Source: Lepidodermella squamata | Taxonomy: Eukaryota; Animalia; Gastrotricha | NCBI GenBank assembly: GCA_047495785.1 | Contig: JBLDXI010000046.1 | Span: 620,001 to 684,000 of the forward strand | Reading direction: 5' to 3' | DNA: 64,000 bases | In this document: positions 49,101-59,335 of the stretch, piece by piece | Layout: the number at the start of each line of letters is the position of its first letter | Numbering within the stretch: position 1 is the first letter of the stretch | Notes under the pieces: model-generated | What the model was told of the DNA's origin: nothing | What the model saw: only the letters and a program-made list of their open reading frames with translations | The model's database searches: none | Made by a program: the position numbers and the translations under genes

Positions 49101-49530
49101 TTCCAGAGCCAAGATTTTTTGAACCTTTTCCTTTTAAGCGATGCTCTTGCACCGCAACCACGTGAAAATTCAAAAATTCATCGTCCATCTCCCAATTTTT
49201 ATGTTTTTCCGTTCTTATGTTTATTGTAGCAAACAAAACCACCCTAAATAACTCATAGGCTTGATGGGTACTAAGGGGCTTTTTGAAGCGACGTCTTTTT
49301 GCAGGTTGTTCACTTACCTTGTCGTCATCGTCCGATCGCTCGCCGTCAGCTAACAAAAAATTGTCATCAGTTGTCAACAAATTGTAATCATTTTGCGTTG
49401 TTATATCCGCCGAAGTAGGCCTGGGCAAGCTGGCCCATGAGTTGGGCGTACGGGAACGGGAATCCGAATGGCTGGAACGGGATCGCCGGTTGTCCTTGAA
49501 AGGAGCCAGTTGGATGTGTAACTGGTTCAA
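46126..49530 (-). CDS. LINE ORF2: APE endonuclease + reverse transcriptase
   Basis: ATINIRT, AVQE, VYAP, GDLNG, IDFIL, SDH; NYRGISLL, DLEKAYD, GLRQGCPLSPLLF, FADD, KYLGS, RLKYFGHIIR, RGKPPTRW. Confidence 0.9.
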   Translation of the reverse strand: MNQLHIQLAPFKDNRRSRSSHSDSRSRTPNSWASLPRPTSADITTQNDYNLLTTDDNFLLADGERSDDDDKVSEQPAKRRRFKKPLSTHQAYELFRVVLFATINIRTEKHKNWEMDDEFLNFHVVAVQEHRLKGKGSKNLGSGTLYFCGLENGTIARSGTGLYVKNCKFIKVTTVNYISDRLMSVRLRIYRETFSVIVVYAPAANDLKLLDKFIADLQIEYNRLLNKSGKIVIMGDLNGQVKSQLNSKIVGEYANKTANPKGNCWVEFAASNNLCFANTFFPNCGYSWVSGDGRYKSMIDFILTPVDNKQQIYSCQIIEEPILESDHRLVVAKFKFPYYNRPRAENTDKVLKNNLLRQDKFKASYNEQINGIRNLNAADEASKPKSLSEQYKNMKNTFLTATRVACGERARKMFNPKPPWWCKQAAEAVKTAKASYAQYQKAEITKQAYNKVRNWKKGLLKKLEKDFDIKELQELNELNEGNDWENLRKFWDKVKRLRNQHKNDSQLQPIRNKDGELVTDLDKILDAMKEYFSELLEGCEIDDFIAECDANIGNEEPPPPDIDGISTQEIKSALNHMKNGKASGIDEVTPEMLKALDEAGIEWLSQILNQAWSTKTIPDEWSTAIIAPLYKNKGEKSDCKNYRGISLLSVVGKLYAIILERKLRKIIGPKISKRQFEFQPRKGCRDCIFILRRLIEKVICCGNKEMHLVFIDLEKAYDLIDREKVWAALEELGVDANLIQAIKSFYKFNKVAVRINNKLSDFFVVRRGLRQGCPLSPLLFIATFDKICQKLRDTPGGFPITGKQLLNLIAFADDGTLIGMSHEEIKLLLDVFNKACQELGLKISVSKTQYMVIGEDNNYQLELDGKLLEKVTSFKYLGSIITSDGKMDEEIKARLAKAGSCFGALNKLMCNRKHISLATKLKVLKCVVIPTVTYACETWNLTTKQEQRLNVTFMRWLRTIMGFFRTDYIPNIDIRLICDVMELSKMIEKHRLKYFGHIIRQDEYDTESLTNAIYHWKAVDPSWYLPRGKPPTRWTDSLKRSLLKIGLFDIHVKYIKNPNEPVRRGRPRKSTLLMRRTEIHKIADLELAEINARDRDEWQLVCNSIENYEFLGKSRLFATDLSAPEADRLSSAVP

Positions 49531-50023
49531 AAACCCAGCCGCGCTGGCGGCATTCTCGTGCCATGTGACCTGGATTTTTGCACTTGAAGCACCTGAGATC
49601 AGGGCAGTCGCGTGCGTAGTGGCCAGATTTATGGCACGTGCGGCATTTGTCGTCTTTGCCGTGCGTCACCTTGCCTCGTGCCGAGTTTTTGTTGTTTTCG
49701 TTCGCCTTGACCTGTTTCTTCTGGACATCGCCAGTGTCCTCGTTTTCGCCGTCCGATTCGCTGTCCTCGTTATCGGACACATCGTTGTCCTTGTTTCCAG
49801 ACGCCGGTGGAGCGACCGGTAGCCGAGACGGGCGGCCGCCACGGCCCTTGGTGACATTCGTAAATTGCTTGTCAATTTCTCCCAGTTCCGGTCGTTCCAC
49901 AATCCGAGTCATCCTTGAAATGTACCTAGCCTGTTCTTCGTTCTTGGACTTGTCATAAACGGAGGCACCCCGGATGTCGAGGTTCTCTTTATTCGGCTGT
50001 TTGTCGACGTATTGAGGCTCCAT
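49388..50023 (-). CDS. LINE ORF1, nucleic-acid-binding protein with two CX2CX4HX4C knuckles
   Basis: CRTCHKSGHYARDC and CFKCKNPGHMAREC. Confidence 0.8.
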   Translation of the reverse strand: MEPQYVDKQPNKENLDIRGASVYDKSKNEEQARYISRMTRIVERPELGEIDKQFTNVTKGRGGRPSRLPVAPPASGNKDNDVSDNEDSESDGENEDTGDVQKKQVKANENNKNSARGKVTHGKDDKCRTCHKSGHYARDCPDLRCFKCKNPGHMARECRQRGWVFEPVTHPTGSFQGQPAIPFQPFGFPFPYAQLMGQLAQAYFGGYNNAK

Positions 50024-50204
50024 TGAGGCTGCAATTCAAATTCATTTCAGCGGCATCAACTTTTCAATGTTGGATTCTTCCAATTTCCCAATTTTCCAAA
50101 ATTGTCTGAAAATTAGGTATTTGAATTAGGATACACCCAAATATGAAGAGAGATTCTCCTTGGGATTATCGCAATTTTCCTAAAATGGGAAAAAGTCGCA
50201 GTTT

Positions 50205-51174
50205 TTGCTTTTGAAATGTGCTATGCCATCCGCGCCGGATTTTTCCATCACTATCGGCGACGCAGTTATCGGACCATCAAAAGTTATGACCACTCTTGGC
50301 TTCACCATTGACTGCAAACTTTCCTTCAAAAAACATATCAAAGGTGCAAAGAGCAAGGCTCGACGGGGATTGTATGCCCTCAAACTAGCTGCGAAATTCG
50401 TCGACCGAAAAACTGCCATCATGATGGCCAATGGCTTGATATTCAGCCATATCAATTACGGTGACCTAACCTTAGGTCAGGCAGCACCGACTACTCTAGC
50501 AAAGCTTCAGTCAACGCAAGATCGTGCCGTCCGAATCATATGCGGCGCTCACTCACTCGCAGATGCGGAGCCTCTTCGCCATCGACTCGGCTGGGTCAAC
50601 GTTCAACAGAAACACGCCATCCATTTGGCGACATTCATCCACAATTGCCTGAATAAACAAGCACCGGCTGCGATTCAAACACTTTTCAAGCTGAACCCGG
50701 TTGGCAGCTACTCAACACGTAACACTGAGCCAATGTTCAAGCCGACGTATTTGTCAGTTCGTGGTACGTTGAGCCTTAGCTATCGCGGTCCCGATCTCTG
50801 GAATCAACTGCCTGCAGAAGCTCAAAATGCTGAGTCAGCTGAAGCGTGCCGCTCAAATGTTTATGCTTATTTTTACGAAAGAAATTCCACTGGTTTAGGC
50901 CTATGATAAATTCGATACACTATATATTTTTATAATGCTGCGATGCTGTTTTGTTGTGATGTTATTATGATTTTGTTATTTAACTTAATTCTCATCATTG
51001 TTCAATCGCTCACTCTTGCTATATGCACTTAATAACATTTTTTATGTCATCATTTGCCAATGTCCTATACCTCTGTAACCTGTCCTGCAATTATCTGTTT
51101 CATTTTCAATTCACTATTGTCAAGCTGCTCTCTCTTGGGCGTCATAGCTTTGAAATAAATAAATAAATAAATAA
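50205..51174 (+). mobile_element. 5'-truncated CR1/L2-type LINE with (AAAT)n tail
   Basis: Post-RT region TLGFTIDCKLSFKKHI...INYG...LQSTQDRAVRII...GPDLWNQLP, an AT-rich 3' UTR, and tgaaataaataaataaataaataa at 51151-51174. Confidence 0.8.
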
Positions 51175-51303
51175 CGAACATGTTTATCCTGTAGAAAATT
51201 CTAATTTTTTCTCCGTCTGGTTAAAACGTGATCAGCACTTCATTACTGCATTCCGTCTGCTGTATGGTTAAACCTGTCCTTACTCCAAGTTTCAGGCTTG
51301 AAA

Positions 51304-51978
51304 ATGAGCCTTTTACAGAGCCATGTCCTCATTGTCGCGCTCGCAACGCTTTATCATTCAGCTGTTTATTCAGATGCAGCATGTGTAAAACCACCTCGCA
51401 TCCTTAACGGCGAGATTGTTGAGGGCAATCCTATCAAATTCACATGTGAAGAACCATTCAAAGTCTCAGGAAGCGATGTTATCAAATGCAACGAAGATGG
51501 CAGCTATGAAATAGCCGGCCACTGCGAGTTGGGCCAACTTCCTGATATCTCGCGATTTTTCACAGTCGACGGCAATTACTCGTGGGCACAAGCGCTGGAC
51601 GCCTGCACGAAACGAGGCGGCCGACTCGCGACAATCAAAACCGTTGTCGACCACGCATTGGCAAAGGTTCATCTGAATGAAAATCGAAAGCAGGTTTGGA
51701 TCGGATTGATGAAGGTGCAAACAAGGTCTGACTGTAATTCGCAATGGCAATGGGTTGACGGTACCTGCCTTGAGTCCACTATCAATCGAGTGAATGGATG
51801 GTGCCCGGGTGAGCCGAATAACGCTCTAGGCATTGAAGATTGGGCGCATTACACGAATGTGGAGGCTACCGGGAAGAAATACTTCCAGCCGTGTTGGAAC
51901 GACCTGTGGGATGGGGCGCAATACAATTTCATGAAAGCTGCTGGTGAGGGCTTCTCGGCTCTTTGCGAGACTCTTTGA
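51304..51978 (+). CDS. Secreted Sushi/CCP + C-type lectin protein (intronless), paralog 2
   Basis: Signal peptide, CVKPPRILNG, WIGL, WQWVDG, WCPGEPNN and CWND; collinear with 45043. Confidence 0.85.
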   Translation: MSLLQSHVLIVALATLYHSAVYSDAACVKPPRILNGEIVEGNPIKFTCEEPFKVSGSDVIKCNEDGSYEIAGHCELGQLPDISRFFTVDGNYSWAQALDACTKRGGRLATIKTVVDHALAKVHLNENRKQVWIGLMKVQTRSDCNSQWQWVDGTCLESTINRVNGWCPGEPNNALGIEDWAHYTNVEATGKKYFQPCWNDLWDGAQYNFMKAAGEGFSALCETL

Positions 51979-52317
51979 TTCGCTAACTAATAAAATCGAC
52001 TGTTGAAATTGTAACGAAAGGTGTTTTTCGTTTGAGATTATAATTCCTCAGGCATTGATATTATTGCAAGTGTTGAATAATGTCCGTTAGGCATTCCTGA
52101 GTAGGGTATAGGGTAGGAAGTACTTCACATTGAAGATAGAATTACGGATTTGACCTAGAAACCGAATCTAATCTGGGAGCCCAAGCGATGTATCATATTC
52201 GTTTTGAAAGCCGGATATTACTTAGAAGCGAGGCCTTATTCGTGTTTTTTCGCATTTCGAGGATCAGTTATAAAATATTCCTCACTTGCCTCACTTTGGA
52301 CTGGAAATTTTTTCGAA

Positions 52318-54612
52318 ATGAAACCAAGCGCTAGTCTAGTATCTTTTCTTGCAATTTCGAGCTTTTTCCACTCGACTTTTGCTTTGAAGCCGAAAAACTT
52401 GACCCAGTTGGTCATCCTCCCTTTCACGGGTTTTGGTCCAGACTACGGGCTGGCATGTAAGGGAGCTTTCAACCTGGTTTTCGATTCCGTAAATAATCGC
52501 AGCGATATTCTACCTACCTATGCAATCAACCCCGTATTCACTGACGAAAACGATGGTCAGCCAAAATTGGTGGTAGAATTCAGTAGACTTGAATATCCCA
52601 ATTCGAAATCTCCAATCATCTTCAGCGGAGTATCTACATCAGGATGCAGAGTAGCTGCTCCAACTTATCCTTATCTTGATTTGGTCGGAATCGGCCTTTG
52701 TAACGCTGGTCTTCTTGAGAACCGAAAAATCTACAAAAACTTCTACCTGGCAATGGCGACTGGGAACGGAGTAGGGCTTGCTGCAATGCATGTTGTTCAA
52801 AGTATTGGGAAGTGGAACAAAATGGCAATTTTTGTAGGGAACGGAAGCCCTTACCCAGCCGGTATAGGCCTAACCATGTACACGATCGCAACTCAAGTAG
52901 GCGTAACAGTCAATCCTTACATAGCCTTTCTCAACTATGATACTGAACAATTTATTCCTCCTTTAAAACGATCAGACTCAAGGATTATCTCGTTCTTTCC
53001 CGCTACTCATGTGTACTGGCCTTTCCTATGTGATTGCTATCGTGCGGGTATCATTGGGCCGCGGTATGTCATTTTGGCTGATCTGACTTATGGGTACATT
53101 GAGCCTAACGCTATCCCCGATGTTATTAACCCTACCTGCACGAAAAAAATGATTCTAGGAAGCTATGAATACACCTTTTTCATTGGCCAAATGACGATGA
53201 ATCCCTCAGTTGTTTCATCCCTAGGACACAATATCGAGAGGTCCGAATCTCTGCTCAGAAGCCGTTATTTACCACCAAAATTACCCCGGGATTGGGATTT
53301 GAGATTTTCTTGCTACGATGCCGCGCTTCAAATCGTCATTGCTTTAGATATGACCGAGAAACAATTACTGAGCCGAAATATGACTTTAAGCAGCTACGAA
53401 TCGAACCCCAATGAAGTAATGCGTGTAGCTAATGATTCAATGCTGAAGTCTGTTACCCGAGGTTTGAGAATCGGGGAAATTCGCTACAACAGCCTTGGAC
53501 TTATCGATGATACCTTCGTAATAGCGAATTGGATGTATCCAACCGGGTTGCAACATTCATTCTATCTATCAAAGAAGAATGGATCGACAGAAGCCAGATT
53601 CAATGACCACGAATTGAGAAGAAATTTAGCATTCACCTGGGAAGCTTGGGGCGGAGAAACTCCTAAAGATTCCGCGACATACCTGACTATCAATGAGAAT
53701 GTCCAACCATCAATTTTTTACGCCGTGATTTTGCTCGGATCATCCCTAATACTTCTAGCTATCCTAGTCGTTATCAAGACGCTGAAAGCTTCACCAAAAG
53801 CTTTCAACTCTCATTTGAAAGCTGTCGGGCTGTTCGGGAGCTTGTTGATTGATGGATCGGCAATTTGCTTTGCTTCATCTTATGAAGAGCTTCCTTATCC
53901 CAGTAGAATCCTGTGTGTGATGGGTTTGGCAGCCATTTTCAGTGTACAGGTGTTTCCTTTGCTATTCTTTCGGGAAAATTCGAATCGCCTAACTAATCAG
54001 GGCTTATCGAATATTTGGAAATCAACCTTTGCTCTCGCGAAAATCAGACCGATCAAAAATCCATCGAACTCGCTTTCGAAGGCTGAGAAGAAGCGACTTA
54101 TTACGGGCACTTCTCTCTTCGTTGCATCAGTAAGTTTGGTACTCATTATATGGCTCCTAAGTGATCCCCTGGTGTGCTTTCAAGAAATCATATCAGCTAC
54201 GTACGCTTACGAAGAAGATGAATTTCGGACTATTTATGCTCAACGTTGTCAATCATCATCTCAGCAAATTTGGCTTGGCATACTTGTGACACTGAACGGC
54301 GCCCTGCTGGTTGCGGGCGTAGTAGCAGCTATCAAATATCGACACAGGAAGGAACTTTTCTACTCAATTTGCAGTGTTTTCAACTCTTTTGGCCTTCTCT
54401 CCGGTACTGTTTTGATAGTCGTGGCTCTACAGCATCCGGTCCATAGAAAAGTTGTCATATCATACGCATCTATTCTTCTCTCGGCTAGCAGCGTGTTGTT
54501 GTGGGCTCTTCCGATGCTGAAACGCCGGACTTCCGAAAAGTTTGCCCATCCTTCAAGTAAAATCCTAGTTACGAGGCGTTTGGAGGGTAGTGGGAGACTA
54601 GATAACAACTGA
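52318..54612 (+). CDS. Class C GPCR, GABA-B-receptor-like (Venus-flytrap/ANF domain + 7TM), intronless
   Basis: Signal peptide, VNNRSDILPTY, C..YRAGIIGPRYV and YDAA, then seven hydrophobic helices with W..SDPL and C.S...WLGI. There is no Cys-rich linker, as in GABA-B. Confidence 0.8.
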   Translation: MKPSASLVSFLAISSFFHSTFALKPKNLTQLVILPFTGFGPDYGLACKGAFNLVFDSVNNRSDILPTYAINPVFTDENDGQPKLVVEFSRLEYPNSKSPIIFSGVSTSGCRVAAPTYPYLDLVGIGLCNAGLLENRKIYKNFYLAMATGNGVGLAAMHVVQSIGKWNKMAIFVGNGSPYPAGIGLTMYTIATQVGVTVNPYIAFLNYDTEQFIPPLKRSDSRIISFFPATHVYWPFLCDCYRAGIIGPRYVILADLTYGYIEPNAIPDVINPTCTKKMILGSYEYTFFIGQMTMNPSVVSSLGHNIERSESLLRSRYLPPKLPRDWDLRFSCYDAALQIVIALDMTEKQLLSRNMTLSSYESNPNEVMRVANDSMLKSVTRGLRIGEIRYNSLGLIDDTFVIANWMYPTGLQHSFYLSKKNGSTEARFNDHELRRNLAFTWEAWGGETPKDSATYLTINENVQPSIFYAVILLGSSLILLAILVVIKTLKASPKAFNSHLKAVGLFGSLLIDGSAICFASSYEELPYPSRILCVMGLAAIFSVQVFPLLFFRENSNRLTNQGLSNIWKSTFALAKIRPIKNPSNSLSKAEKKRLITGTSLFVASVSLVLIIWLLSDPLVCFQEIISATYAYEEDEFRTIYAQRCQSSSQQIWLGILVTLNGALLVAGVVAAIKYRHRKELFYSICSVFNSFGLLSGTVLIVVALQHPVHRKVVISYASILLSASSVLLWALPMLKRRTSEKFAHPSSKILVTRRLEGSGRLDNN

Positions 54613-54652
54613 ATTTTGTTCAGCCTCAATAATCAGAAATAAATGTCCTAAT

Positions 54653-56547
54653 CTAATAAAGTGAAAGCAGGGCAATAATGAAAATTGAAGGAATCAGGGT
54701 GTTAGCTCCATTGTTTTTGTTTTGCGGAGTTGGCGGTGCGGCAACCAGCTTCGGCTTACCACCAGGTCCATCGCGATTACAATCGAGACCGACTTGAGGC
54801 TGAGGAGGAGCGCGGCAAGCTTCAGTTGTCCGCCGCATCTGGAACGGCCCTAAAGTCGAATCCCACATGGCAACGCAAGCCATGCGATCGTTTTCTAGCA
54901 GACCGTATCTCGTGTTCGTCTCACGGTCCAAAGCTCCTCCAATAGTCACCCTAACCCATTGCTTTTCATTTGAGGTTGACAATAACTTTGGATCAACAGT
55001 CAACTGCCTGCTGTAGATGTTATCCCAATTGAAAGGCAATTTCGCGGCATCAAGAACCATTAAAGTAGCGCTTTTGTGGAAGGTGTAAATGTCGAGCCGC
55101 TGGATTTCGGGGATGTAGACGAAACCATAAAATTTCCAACCCCAACAAACATCCGCAATCTTGATCGAAGCAGCGACGGCGTTTTTCGCCTTATCGAACA
55201 CCTTAACGTTTAGTTGGTAGTCATTCGAACAATGGGCTGTTAGGAACGCGTTGTCGAACTCGATTTCCATCAAACCAGTCGGGCGGGCGTCGTTTTGCTG
55301 TTTGGGATCCGGCGCAGGTTCGCCGTAGCTCTGGGGACCTCGGGTTCGCGACGAGACAGACGCGAAGAAACTGAACGTGAATCCTCGCTTTTGCAACGGG
55401 ATTTGTCGATAACTAGCAAGGGTTCGATTTTCGGTATACGATTGGAAGTCGGAACAGCAGGAACCGATGGAAATACTCTCCCAGCCAGATTCTACCCCAA
55501 ACGGTGAGCTGTACACAGGGGCGGCGCTTCTAGCAGATTCGTATGGGTCAAGGCCACAAATCCTGTCCTGCAACTTCTTCTCCGAGTTCAAATAGGGTGC
55601 AAAAACTAGAGCTGGCAGATCGGGCCATGGGATTCCGGAGAGAACTGTTTTAAAATGTATATCATAGTGTATTTCAAGCCATCTTAAGAAAATTACTGTT
55701 CATGTTTCGATTGCACGAAACAGCTGATGATTTGCTTGGTTGTTCTTGGCAAGCCAATGGTAAGGAGTTTATTTCCCCTTGCGACAACTGTACATCATAT
55801 GCGGAGAAGCAGAACATCCCGAAGTCCCGATACAGCCCTCTCTCTTGGTACGAACCTCGATCCAGGGTTCGGCCGATTGTGATTCTCGCTGCCCCTTCGC
55901 CATTCCAAAACTGAGGCTTTCTTGCCAACTTCCCAAGTGCGGATTTAGTCGACTGAGCCGTGGTATTAACTGCCTGGATTGTCAATTGAACTGTGACAGC
56001 ATCAAAAGCGATAACGTAATACCTCCACCACGAACCACAAGCATCGGCAAGGGTCAGATTCAAGCTAACAATTGCGTCCTCCTTGTCGAAAACTTTGACC
56101 ACGAAATTGTCAAAGACACAATTAGCAGTGATGATAGTTCCTTCGAACTCTGTCTCGAGAAGACCCGCTGATCGATTCGCTGGGATATTGGCGTAGAAAC
56201 CCAGGGTGAAGCTTGCTTTGAAGGGAATAGATTGATACGATGCTATGCTGTCAAATTTCTCTTCGATTCTCGGAGACATCGCGACAGAGTTTCCTCCAAA
56301 GGGATTGCCGTTTTGCCGCAGCTCGACGTAATCGCTCTTTTTTAATGGGTTTAGTTTGCACATGGTGTCCTTCAAATCATCGGCTGAGTTCAGTGGAACG
56401 TGAAAAACGAGGGATTCACGCCTTGGCCATGGAGTAACTCCAGAAACTGATAATAAAACAATAGAACAAATCGCGACAGTGATATGAGGAAATACCTGGA
56501 CTTATGAACTGAAGGCAAGCTACCAGCAGTATTGCTAGCTTCAGCAT
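54653..56547 (-). CDS. Double LamG-like domain protein, signal peptide and GPI-like tail, copy 1 (3 exons)
   Basis: MLKLAILLVACLQFISP, two PWP...SFT...GLLE.EFE...W.FY...IG.ALDR...C...D..L...C repeats, and a hydrophobic C-terminus. Confidence 0.75.
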
Positions 56548-57238
56548 TTTGAAATTCTTCGTAGTAGGCGAAGAACAGCAGCAATTAGTATTAAATGATG
56601 TTGTGAGCTTGGATATATTTGTAGTCTTAGAACCGGCTATGGGCGCTCTTTGGCGTGATACAAAGCCTAGGCTTGACAAGTTCGGGTATGGCCTGATGCG
56701 TGGGTGTATAATTACTTTTTTGGATGTTAATTCCACTTGCTTTTTCGCCATCTTGGCTAAGAATGAAAAAACACAATACCTCGACGTGTTTTTTTCTGAC
56801 GTTATCTCTGGCTGTTACCTGTATCTTACTGCCCGGTTTGGTGAAATTTAAAAACTGAGTTGATTGATAATGATAAAGAAGCATTCGAATCTGTCATATA
56901 AGATGCATTACCCGATACACAACGTAGAAAATGGTAAACTGTGGAAAAATTGAAATGATTTTTTTGTTTATGAAAGTAAAACAAAATAATATATAGGCTG
57001 TGATATAATTTTCAGAAATCGAGAAAAGTCACAATTTTGAAAAAATAGTGGGACAAATCGTCAACTCGAAAAGGCACAAAAGTAATTGAAAAAACCTCAT
57101 GTTCAAATTTGTGGTCATTATTGTCTTGGAAATAAATAACGTATGAATCTGGAACTTGTTCATTTTGCAGCTATATTCATGGCTTTCGTTCAAATTTTTT
57201 TATTCATAAGAAATCCATCATGGCAGCGGCTGTAGCAG

Positions 57239-57289
57239 CCCAGTCAAAAGTCTGTAGGCCTAGACTAGGCCTACAGGGTTTTGACTGGG
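57239..57289. repeat. 51-bp near-perfect palindrome (mini-MITE-like, CCCAG...CTGGG)
   Basis: CCCAGTCAAAAgtCTGTAGGCCTAGaCTAGGCCTACAGggTTTTGACTGGG. Confidence 0.7.
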
Positions 57290-58264
57290 AGACGGTGAGA
57301 AGTGACGATAATAAAAAGACGCGCCGGATGCTATATGCAATTTGTATTATATACTTGAGGCAAACAATAGCACGGATAAATAATCGAAAGAAATGAACAC
57401 GCGAGTTGGGAGAGTATCTGAGACTAATAGCTAGCATTGAGGTGGTTGATTATACTTTGCTTGCTGAAGCCATCGAGCCAGGATGCATGGTTCACCCGTC
57501 GAGCCCAGTAGTTATCATTCGCTCGCTGACGTTTTCGCGTAGCAGTCTGGGAATGCAGCAAAATGTTCCAATACCGGGAAACAGCACTCATCCATGAAAA
57601 CCTCTCGGCGTTTTTCAGACATAAGACGGTGAATACTTATTGATCTCTTTGAAGTATTGGTTGAGAGGTAGGTGATGTAGTCGTGTTAAAGTCGATGATG
57701 GCAACATAGTATCAACCCGATTACTGAGTGAGCGTAAATGCAATCGCAGCATTGGCGCCAAAAACAGTGAGACATTATAACCCATTGATCCCACGTATGA
57801 AATTTCTCATCTGATAGCAATGATGACCATGATGATAGCATCCTGCAGCGAGGCTCAAGTTGAGATTATTTCACTGTCGCGTTTCACTCACCTAAAAATT
57901 CGAAGCAGCGTTCAATATCCCCCGTCTGTTGATTCCGCTCGATGCCATTGCTTGTTCGAACACGCACCTCTCGACCATTCATCACATGCTCTATAACAAC
58001 ATTCGTGCTCATCGAAATGTACCGCATAACCATTGGTTTGCTATCCGGCTAGCTGGTATTCGGCTATCCAGATCACGTTAGATCCATGTAAAATCGAGCC
58101 TGAAGCGGTGTTCTTGCAGTCAACCAGATATCTAAGAATGCGAATGTTATTTTTCTCCATCTTCTTTGTTTTCATACTTTCATATCCATTCAATAAATTG
58201 TGATCGCGTGCCTACGATTAACACTTCAAATTTTTCACGTTTATTGTATTTATCTTTTGAATAA

Positions 58265-59268
58265 ATGGAATTACGAAAAAATAATGCTTTTCTAGCTCTG
58301 ATAGCGCTATCGATTTTCATAGCGCTAACCCTTATCAATCAATGGTCTGCAATTTCTGGCTACAGGGTTCGAGTAAAGCCGCAGAGCTTTAAGAATTGCG
58401 AATGCCCTACCGAGCTGCCGCGAGTTGCCTTCTTTGTTATGGCAACTGGGAAATACTTCCACTTTATCGAAGACATGGTAAAAACTGCTGATCTAAATCT
58501 TCTGAAAGGCAAGGCTTATGTTGATTTCTACATTTTCACCGATCGATCGAATATCACAATGGAATTGCCTGTTCGAATCGGAGCCGAGTTTATTCATCAA
58601 AAGCAACTTGGATGGCCAGGGGATTCAATGTTTCGACCTGAAATTTTCTACAATTTTACAATGGCCCGATCTCTTGTCAAGGTGAGTTTTAGATCAATAA
58701 TTCGGCCTTAATTTTACTTTGATTTTTTCAGAATTATTCCTATTTCTTTTCCCTTGATGCGGAAATGTATTTTCATGACAAAATCGGTGTGGAGATTCTC
58801 GGAGACCTTGTTGCTACATGGGGCCCGTACAGCTTCAAAACTCACCCTAAAGATTTACCGGTTGAAAGGCGACCCAACTCAACGGCTTACATTGGCTACG
58901 AAGAAGTCGACAATATTGTATACATCGCTGCATTCTACGGCGGTCTCAGCAACAAAATTGTTACGCTGTGGAAGAAAATCGCTGAAAATGTTCGGATCGA
59001 CCTTGATAACGGCATTGTGGCGACTCTACACGAGCAGGGTCATTTGAACCGGTATTTAGTCAGTAATTCACCAAGTGTCATTCTGTCACCGGCCTACAGC
59101 TATCACGAGCACAAATTGACGACGGCGTGGCTGCAGAAATACAGGGTTGTCAAGAAAATTGTCGGCCACAAGAAGAATGTGAAGAAAATTCGGAAATACA
59201 TGGAGGAATTCAAAAATATTGACTATGCTAAGAATGTCGATAAAAATGTCACTAAATTACTCATTTAA
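58265..59268 (+). CDS. Glycosyltransferase family 6 (ABO/GBGT1/GGTA1-like), type II membrane protein; intron 58682-58731
   Basis: N-terminal TM segment, MATGKY..F, FYIFTD, W...SMFR, GVEILG.L.AT, ERRP.STAYI, FYGG, HLNRYL and ILSP.Y, all collinear with vertebrate ABO. Confidence 0.85.
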
Positions 59269-59335
59269 AATAAAGCGTTTGGGAGATAAAATATGGATTT
59301 TTATTCAAAATCTTTCAATGAATCCTCATGGATCT

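Larger units (their letters stand above)
45800..50180 (-). mobile_element. Near full-length non-LTR retrotransposon, RTE-like pol with gag-like ORF1 (ends approximate)
   Basis: ORF1 has two CCHC knuckles and ORF2 carries an intact APE + RT. Confidence 0.85.

Noticed and set aside
49515-49540. -1 ribosomal frameshift at GGGTTTT between LINE ORF1 and ORF2
   Set aside because: ORF2 is in the +1 frame, and a -1 shift meets TGA immediately.
50024-50200. HDV-like ribozyme expected at the 5' end of RTE elements
   Set aside because: The region is AT-rich and no nested double pseudoknot could be built by eye.
57300-58160. Possible decayed minus-strand gene (intron-like gtgagt...ctgcag, Cys/His-containing frames)
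   Set aside because: The frames examined contain stops and show no recognisable family motif.
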